A stretch of DNA of 32,000 bases, taken from the sequence record LC768901.1; one strand, 5' to 3'. Below are positions 24,354 to 32,000 of the stretch, in pieces. Numbering within the stretch: position 1 is the first letter of the stretch; the number at the start of each line of letters is the position of its first letter. The translations under genes and the position numbers were made by a program. The notes under the pieces are model-generated. The model was not told the DNA's origin. It saw only the letters and a program-made list of their open reading frames with translations, and did not search any database.

Positions 24354-25461
24354 CTTAATTTTTTTTTTTTAATGGACTATATTATCAATATTTGTTGAGT
24401 TTATTTAAATTTTTAAAAAGTTTTTTTAAACGGCTAACTCCTTTAGATGTCAAAGGTCGTTTTTCTAGTTGATATAAACAAATGCGCCACCAACGAAGAA
24501 ATACTAGTTTTTTCAGAGGTTCGGTTTTTATATTGGAACCATTTTTATTTAAATAAAAAAATAAAACTTGGAAACTAAAAAAATTATTGATTTCTAATTG
24601 ATAACCATTGGGTTGTCGAATTATTGGTAAAAGTTTATTAGACTTTACTATCCCAGATAATTGATTTAATAATCGTTTATTCTTTTTTTGAGTAAAGCTT
24701 AGTTTTTGAATTAATCTAATTTTCGAAATACATTGCTGGTTAAGATTGGACACGGAGTAAACTATAAAATGAGTTTTGGAGAATATATACCCATTTAACC
24801 AACAAGACTCATTGTTGACGATTAACTGTGGGTTATATAAAGTTCCAAATATTTTATGATTCGAAAATATTTGATATTGACTCAGCCACTGAAAAAAATA
24901 GAAAAAATTTCTTATCGAAGTTAACTGAAACCTAAACAAACCAAAAATACTCAATAAATCTTTTTTTTTTAATATTCGAAATACCCAAAAAGAAATATTA
25001 GCATGGGATACTTGTAAAACCTGACCAAAACCCAAATTTTTTTTTATATAATAAAGAATTTTAGGATCTTTTTTTTGAATCTCAAAAATAAATAAAGAAT
25101 TCGAATATTGGGTTAGAACGCGAACAAAACAAAAACTCCCTGCGGAAAAGCCCATAAACCATTCTAAAAAAGATCTAGAAAATTTCTTATATTTGTCTAT
25201 TATTATTAAATAGATATATTTTTTTAATATATCATCAACGCATATTGTTTCGCGTGTAGTCTCTGAGGATTCTAAAAATGAATACATACGTTTTGTTTTA
25301 AAAACGAAACTAAATAAGTTTCCTGCTGATTATTCAATTCTAGTGGATTTTTCCGGTTATTTTAAAAACTCGGACCCTAGATTAAAAAATTTCCAGCATA
25401 TAGCGAAATTTGCTTTTTTTTCTATTTTTAATAAAAAAAGCGCCCCATCATATGAATATTA
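24354..25461 (-). mobile_element. group I intron in psbB (1108 nt) with an internal LAGLIDADG ORF
   Basis: It interrupts NPGGIAS|HHIAAG. The 5' exon ends in U. The exon GCGUCU can pair with the intron GGGCGC (P1 with U.G at the splice site). The S-like core element AUAUAGUCC lies 19 nt from the 3' end, and the intron ends in G. Confidence 0.8.
24385..25287 (-). CDS. intron-encoded double-motif LAGLIDADG protein (homing endonuclease or maturase family)
   Basis: 300-aa ORF wholly inside the psbB intron, with two LAGLIDADG-like blocks: LEWFMGFSAGSFCF and CWLNGYIFSKTHF. Confidence 0.7.
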   Translation of the reverse strand: MYSFLESSETTRETICVDDILKKYIYLIIIDKYKKFSRSFLEWFMGFSAGSFCFVRVLTQYSNSLFIFEIQKKDPKILYYIKKNLGFGQVLQVSHANISFWVFRILKKKDLLSIFGLFRFQLTSIRNFFYFFQWLSQYQIFSNHKIFGTLYNPQLIVNNESCWLNGYIFSKTHFIVYSVSNLNQQCISKIRLIQKLSFTQKKNKRLLNQLSGIVKSNKLLPIIRQPNGYQLEINNFFSFQVLFFYLNKNGSNIKTEPLKKLVFLRWWRICLYQLEKRPLTSKGVSRLKKLFKNLNKLNKY

Positions 25462-26061
25462 AGACGCGATTCCACCTGGGTTAAAGGGATCAAAACCATC
25501 GGCACCCCAAGAAGGTTTAATAGCTTGAACACTTCCTGTAATACCAAAAGGATCTGAAACCCAAATTCCTGGTCCAAATAAACCAGTTACATGAAAAGCC
25601 CCAAAACCAAAACATAATAAACCTGATAAAAATAAATGAATACCAAAAATTTTTGGTAGATCTAAAGCCGGTTTACCTGTTCGAGGATCTCTAAATAATT
25701 CTAAATCCCAATAAACCCAGTGCCATAGGGCAGCAGCAAATAAGGCCCCTGATAAAAGAATATGGGAAGTCGCAACTCCCTCATAACTCCAAATACCAGG
25801 ATTCGTTGCCGTTTCACCACTAATAGTCCAGCCACCCCACGATTCTGTGATTCCTAAACGTGTCATAAAAGGTAATACAAACATACCTTGTCGCCACATT
25901 GGGTTTAAAACAGGATCCGAAGGATCAAAAACCGCTAATTCATAAAAAGCCATTGAACCTGCCCATCCTGAAACTAATGAAGTATGCATTAAATGTACAG
26001 CAATTAAACGACCGGGGTCATTTAATACGACCGTGTGTACTCGATACCAAGGTAATCCCAT
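25462..26061 (-). CDS. psbB: photosystem II CP47 protein, exon 1
   Basis: [61 protein letters not shown]...NPGGIAS (200 codons). Confidence 0.95.
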
Positions 26062-26197
26062 AATTTTTCAATAAATATATAATTTTTTAATTTTTTTACT
26101 TTCTTTCAATATAACGGAAAAATCTAAATTTATTGTTTCTATACTAGAGTCTCCCCTAAGATCTATTATAACATATTAGAATATAATTTTACAAGTT

Positions 26198-26905
26198 TTA
26201 TAAAGCTAAAAAATTTTTGACAAAATTTGTTGAAGGATGTTCAATTAATTCTTTTGCAAAACCTGTTTGAACAATATGACCTTTTTCGAAAATCACAATT
26301 TCATTAGCAATTTCCATAGCTTCTTGTTGATCATGAGTCACGAATAATGTAGTTACAGGAATTTCATCATGGAATTTTCGTAACCATAATCGAAGGTCTT
26401 TTCTAACTTTCACATCTAAAGCGCCAAAAGGTTCATCTAAAAGTAGCACTTTTGGCTCGATGGCTAATGCACGTGCTAAAGCAACACGTTGCTTCTGACC
26501 GCCAGATAACTGAAAAGGATATTTATTCGACTCGGCCTCTAATTGAATTAGTTGAAGGAGTTGTTGAACTCTATATTTTATTGTTTCAAACGGCGTTTTT
26601 CTAATACTCATTCCAAAAGCAATATTTTCAAACACATTTAAATGGGGAAATAAAGCATAATCTTGAAAAACAAACCCTAATTGTCGGTCTTGGATTTTTA
26701 TATGAGTAGATTTTTTTCCAGATAACCAAATGCAGCCTTCATTAGGTTTTTCAAAGCCCGCAATAATGCGTAATAAAGTGGATTTTCCAGATCCAGAAGG
26801 TCCTAGTAATGCTACTAGATAACCAGTTTGAATCTCTAAATTTATATGATTCAAAACTCTTTTTGAATCAAAAGTTTTTGATAAATTTTCAATTAAAATA
26901 CTCAT
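26198..26905 (-). CDS. cysA: sulfate ABC transporter ATP-binding protein (nucleotide-binding domain only)
   Basis: 235 aa with Walker [10 protein letters not shown], signature [15 protein letters not shown] and Walker B LLLDEPF. It starts 6 nt after the ccsA stop. Confidence 0.85.
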   Translation of the reverse strand: MSILIENLSKTFDSKRVLNHINLEIQTGYLVALLGPSGSGKSTLLRIIAGFEKPNEGCIWLSGKKSTHIKIQDRQLGFVFQDYALFPHLNVFENIAFGMSIRKTPFETIKYRVQQLLQLIQLEAESNKYPFQLSGGQKQRVALARALAIEPKVLLLDEPFGALDVKVRKDLRLWLRKFHDEIPVTTLFVTHDQQEAMEIANEIVIFEKGHIVQTGFAKELIEHPSTNFVKNFLAL

Positions 26906-26911
26906 ATTTTT

Positions 26912-27598
26912 TTACGTAAACCAGCCATAACTATGAAGACCTTTACCTAAAAGATTTACACCAAGATAACAAATCCAAACAACAATAAATCCTAATGAAG
27001 CTATGATTGACGATTTTATTCCTGACCATCCACGAATAAATCGTGTATGTAGATATATAGCAAAAATTAACCAGGTAATTAAGGCCCAGGTTTCTTTAGG
27101 ATCCCAACTCCAGTAAGATCCCCAGGCCTCGTTGGCCCAAACCGCACCGGATAAAATTCCAATAGTTAAAAAGGGAAACCCTAATCCAATAATTCGATAA
27201 CTAAAATTATCTAAATTTTGTAAAATTTTATCGGTTTGTGTTTCAAAAATTAAACGCGAATTTATTGTTTTAGTTGATACTATAAAGGTTTTTGATATAT
27301 CGGTTGTTTTTGTAAAACTATAAATAATTAAAAAAGCAATCGCTAATAAACAACCAGAAATTAAAGCCGCATAACTCACTAACATCACAGTTACATGCAT
27401 CATTAACCAATTAGATTTTAGTGCAGGAATTAAAGGACCTATTTTTTGTAATTGGGCTGGTAAATAAAAAGAAGCAAAGCCATTAACAAATAAAATTGTC
27501 GGAGCGGTTATACAACCAATCCAGTTTGTTTTAGTAACAAATTGAATTATTAAATGAATACAAGTTAAACTCCAACTTAGAAAAATTAAAGATTCATA
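26912..27598 (-). CDS. ccsA: cytochrome c biogenesis protein CcsA, exon 2
   Basis: Reads [16 protein letters not shown]...[15 protein letters not shown]...[23 protein letters not shown]... (WWD/heme-handling motif). An in-frame TAG at 27602-27604 closes the frame immediately upstream. Confidence 0.9.
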   Translation of the reverse strand, partial: YESLIFLSWSLTCIHLIIQFVTKTNWIGCITAPTILFVNGFASFYLPAQLQKIGPLIPALKSNWLMMHVTVMLVSYAALISGCLLAIAFLIIYSFTKTTDISKTFIVSTKTINSRLIFETQTDKILQNLDNFSYRIIGLGFPFLTIGILSGAVWANEAWGSYWSWDPKETWALITWLIFAIYLHTRFIRGWSGIKSSIIASLGFIVVWICYLGVNLLGKGLHSYGWFT

Positions 27599-27981
27599 AA
27601 ACTAAGTAAAACAAAGTTTTTACTTTTAAAACTGTACAAGCATTTTACAATACATACAGCTTTCATATTCGATACTAAATATTCAAATTTTTGATTATAA
27701 AAATTTGAATATTTTCAATAATTTATAAATATTTTTGCAAGTTCTTCTCCTTTCAGAGTGAATTTTCCATTCATGAAGTTTTTTACAAATCTTGACCATA
27801 TTTAAAATTTTATAAATATAGATTTAAAAGAAGCTTTTTAAAAAATGTAAATTTTTAAGAAGTATAATTTTTAAAAACAAAAAAAGATTAGACGAACAAA
27901 ATCGGGTTCTATAAATTTTTTTTGAATTCAAATAAATAAACCTATTAAAAACTAAACGGTTTAAAAAAGTTTTCTAGGCTT
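27599..27981 (-). other. ORF-less 383-nt intervening sequence in ccsA; mini group II intron (junction +/-2 nt)
   Basis: It separates ...HFPLSNL from YESLIFLSW. It contains a canonical domain V (27662-27629) and a domain VI-position hairpin (27625-27604). No GUGYG at the 5' end and no AY at the 3' end. Confidence 0.65.
27629..27662 (-). other. group II intron domain V
   Basis: AAGCUGUAU GUAUU GUAA AAUGC UU GUACAGUUU: a 9-bp helix (with A-U, G.U, C-G at the AGC triad), a 5-bp helix, a GNRA tetraloop and a 2-nt 3' bulge, 34 nt in total. Many positions match the consensus GAGCCGUAUGCGAUGAAAGUCGCACGUACGGUUC as I recall it. Confidence 0.75.
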
Positions 27982-28218
27982 TAGATTACTTAAAGGAAAA
28001 TGTTGAGAACTTTTCCAACGTAAAATTAAAGAAAAAAATAATAGAAAATTTGTACAACACATACTAATAAAACCAAAATTAAAATAATTTTTTTGAAAGT
28101 CGAACTGCCCTAATCCAACTTGTATCCAATAAAAAAGCATCGTCATAAATAAAGTAATAAAACAAATATTATTTATAAAATTTTCGATAGCTAAGGAAGT
28201 CTCTAAAGAAATTATCAT
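27982..28218 (-). CDS. ccsA: cytochrome c biogenesis protein CcsA, exon 1
   Basis: MIISLETSLAIENFINNICFITLFMTMLFYWIQ...LILRWKSSQHFPLSNL (79 codons). The ORF then reads on into KPRKLF-stop. Confidence 0.88.
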
Positions 28219-28276
28219 TATTTTTAAATTATTATAAAAAAGTATTCTTAAAAATACTACGTATACTTTTTTTTTG

Positions 28277-28336
28277 AGTCAATATAAAAAAAAAATAAAC
28301 AAATAAAAACTCTATTAATAGAGTTTTTATTTGTTT
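28277..28336. repeat. 60-nt perfect palindrome (30-bp arms) between the divergent 5' ends of ccsA and chlL
   Basis: AAAAAAAAATAAACAAATAAAAACTCTATT/AATAGAGTTTTTATTTGTTTATTTTTTTTT. Confidence 0.75.
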
Positions 28337-28404
28337 ATTTTTTTTTATAATAGAAATAGATTCTAAAATTTTATTGGAAACAAAGTCATTAAAGGTATCA
28401 AATT

Positions 28405-30596
<2,192 letters not shown>

Positions 30597-30890
30597 AATA
30601 AATAATCCCTGAATGGTTATAAAATCTAATCTTAATAGCTATTGAGTGTTTTCTTAAATTATATAAATAATTTTTTTAATTAGCCTGATAGTTTTTAAAA
30701 TTTTTATACTATAAAAATTTTTTGAATCTCAAATTAGATAACGATTCAATTATTAAAATGACTTTAAATTTTATATTCCGTAAAATTTAAAAATAATAAA
30801 AGTCCATCACTCAAAACATAAAAAAGAAAAATATTTATTTATAGATTGAGTTTTTACACAAAGTTTAAAACACCACCTTTTTGTCGAAAA

Positions 30891-30930
30891 GTGGTATTTA
30901 ATTATAAAAAGTGGTATTTAATTATAAAAA
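30891..30930 (+). repeat. perfect tandem duplication, 2 x 20 bp
   Basis: GTGGTATTTAATTATAAAAA occurs at 30891-30910 and again at 30911-30930. A near-identical core (ATTATAAAAAAGTGGTAT) recurs at 31776-31793. Confidence 0.85.
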
Positions 30931-31085
30931 CTAAAAGTAAGAGGTTCTATATGTTGTTTTATATAAAAAAATATATTATAATATATATAATAGTTAATAG
31001 GTAAAAATATTTATTAACTTGGGAAACAACCTACAGCAATTACTGCCATTATTGTATGTAGGCTACAGTGATTAAAAAAATCGCA

Positions 31086-31259
31086 ATGGACCCACGCACA
31101 TTAGCTATATTAGCTTTTATAATAAGAACTTTATTAGATGCCCAAATACAACCAGCTCCAGGTAATAATCTTGCTCGGTTGGGTGTAGGACTGGGAGCCC
31201 TTGCGGTTCGTCCACTAGGTCCGGCTCGTTTCATAGGTCGGGGTGTTTGGTTGGCATAA
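31086..31259 (+). CDS. hypothetical protein in the GC-rich island (Gly/Ala/Pro/Arg-rich)
   Basis: ATG 31086 to TAA 31257-31259, reading MDPRTLAILAFIIRTLLDAQIQPAPGNNLARLGVGLGALAVRPLGPARFIGRGVWLA. Third codon positions are mostly A/T while positions 1 and 2 are GC-rich, but the antisense ORF 31049-31411 shares the same wobble phase. The coding strand is therefore unresolved. Confidence 0.3.
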   Translation: MDPRTLAILAFIIRTLLDAQIQPAPGNNLARLGVGLGALAVRPLGPARFIGRGVWLA

Positions 31260-31308
31260 TCCTCCGGCACAACCTGGAGCGCTGCCTCAACCCCCTCCTT
31301 TATTCGAG

Positions 31309-31632
31309 ATGTTTGAAAAAGAATCATTACAAAATTTAGTAACTCTGATACAAAGTCAACGGGATGGCCAAGCAGCCTGGGGTGACACAGATTTGGTTTG
31401 CTTTGCCACAAACGCCAAAGTCGTAAAGGTGGTAATACAAATAACGAGTACAGTGGTAATATTAGGTATTTTTTATGTTACATATAAAATTCTCGTAGTA
31501 TTATTTCTCCGTGCTCGCCGATCTTTTCAACAAGATTTATCAGACTACGAAGAGGCTGAACAATCACGAGTAGATAAACGACTAAAAAAACTATCGGAAG
31601 AACGAGCAAGATTAAAAAATAGAAAACTTTAA
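31309..31632 (+). CDS. hypothetical single-pass membrane protein with a charged C-terminal tail
   Basis: ATG 31309: MFEKESLQNLVTLIQSQRDGQAAWGDTDLVCF..., hydrophobic span VVIQITSTVVILGIFYVTYKILVVLFL, then a tail RARRSFQQDLSDYEEAEQSRVDKRLKKLSEERARLKNRKL. The frame stays open upstream to GTG 31243. A strong hairpin follows 25 nt downstream. Confidence 0.4.
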   Translation: MFEKESLQNLVTLIQSQRDGQAAWGDTDLVCFATNAKVVKVVIQITSTVVILGIFYVTYKILVVLFLRARRSFQQDLSDYEEAEQSRVDKRLKKLSEERARLKNRKL

Positions 31633-31657
31633 ACCCCGCTACTAGGTGGGTTTGTCC

Positions 31658-31709
31658 AAAAAAAAAGGCCAATACCCGCCAAAAATGGCGGGTATTGGCC
31701 TTTTTTTTT
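31658..31709. terminator. intrinsic-terminator-like hairpin: A9, a 14-bp GC-rich stem, then T9
   Basis: AAAAAAAAA GGCCAATACCCGCC AAAAAT GGCGGGTATTGGCC TTTTTTTTT. With the A/T tracts the stem can extend to 23 bp. It is symmetric, so it could act in both directions. Confidence 0.65.
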
Positions 31710-31746
31710 ATTAATATAAGATATTTATTAAAGGAAATAAATTACT

Positions 31747-32000
31747 ATGTATTTAACAGAAATAGACGAGATTATTATAAAAAAGTGGTATGCCACAAAT
31801 TGTACATATAATAACATTCGGGAGACGTTTTTAAAAGAGCTTTACAACGATTATTTAACTTTTTGTAAATTAAATTATAAATTTAATTCAATAACCGGAG
31901 CCGACTACGTTCCTTTAGGTAAAAATCGTTTTAATTTTTATTTAAAAGTTTTACTCAAAGATGATTTAAAAAATAACAAAGTCATATTAATAATGACAAA
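31747..32000 (+). CDS. hypothetical protein, 5' part only (ORF runs off the window end)
   Basis: ATG 31747 is preceded by AAGGAAA. The frame is open for 84 codons to the window edge: MYLTEIDEIIIKKWYATNCTYNNIRETFLKELYNDYLTFCKLNYKFNSITGADYVPLGKNRFNFYLKVLLKDDLKNNKVILIMT. It is not a standard plastid gene. Confidence 0.45.
   Translation, partial: MYLTEIDEIIIKKWYATNCTYNNIRETFLKELYNDYLTFCKLNYKFNSITGADYVPLGKNRFNFYLKVLLKDDLKNNKVILIMT

Noticed and set aside
27599-27981. Reading the ccsA insert as a group I intron (exon ending in U at ...AAU, insert ending in G at ...CUUAG)
   Set aside because: That register would change the conserved SNLYES to SNFYES. I found no P/Q/R/S core elements, whereas a canonical group II domain V is present.
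30891-30930. A possible CRISPR or minisatellite
   Set aside because: There are only two contiguous copies, with no spacers and no further repeats, so it is a simple tandem duplication.
30950-31003. A 17-codon ORF (MLFYIKKYIIIYIIVNR) preceded by AAGAGG
   Set aside because: It is too short and consists purely of A/T-repeat-derived codons. The Shine-Dalgarno-like match alone is not evidence.
31049-31411. The minus-strand 120-aa ORF across the GC island
   Set aside because: I did not call it as a feature. It shares the wobble phase of the + strand ORF 31086-31259, a typical shadow ORF in GC-rich sequence. Beyond 31260 the A/T third-position signal follows + frame 1 instead. It cannot be excluded without expression data.

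Overview
This window is an AT-rich plastid genome segment of green-algal (chlorophyte) type, and nearly all of it is explained by conserved genes. On the + strand: psaA (3' part), psaB, psbZ, tilS, psbD/psbC, trnT, tufA, rpl19, trnI-trnA, trnK, trnG, atpB, atpE, cemA, chlL and chlN. On the - strand: orf386, rrn16, psbE-F-L-J, accD, clpP, trnS, rps4, petB-petD, rps14, trnR, psaM, ycf12, psbK, psbN, trnfM, psbI, psbH, psbT, psbB, cysA and ccsA. Gene identities come from reading conserved protein and RNA motifs by eye; no database search was run. Observations that ordinary annotation does not explain: (1) ccsA and psbT are each split inside conserved codons by a short ORF-less AT-rich insert (383 and about 430 nt). 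The ccsA insert has a canonical group II intron domain V about 30 nt before its 3' junction, and the psbT insert has a degenerate one. Neither has a canonical GUGYG 5' end. (2) psbB carries a 1108-nt group I intron whose LAGLIDADG ORF appears to lack the acidic catalytic residues. (3) tilS is broken by a -1 frameshift at T/A homopolymers. (4) The rRNA operon is dismantled: 16S stands alone, and trnI-trnA sit 5 kb away behind a consensus TTGACA/TATAAT promoter. (5) A 386-codon unrecognisable membrane-type ORF lies downstream of 16S. (6) The last 1.4 kb is atypical DNA: a perfect 20-bp tandem repeat, an island of about 53-55% GC with overlapping unknown ORFs, a bacterial-style A9/GC-stem/T9 hairpin, and a new ORF running off the window. 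This looks like acquired DNA, and I could not assign it a function. (7) Very long perfect palindromes sit at gene ends, and some of them supply stop codons.
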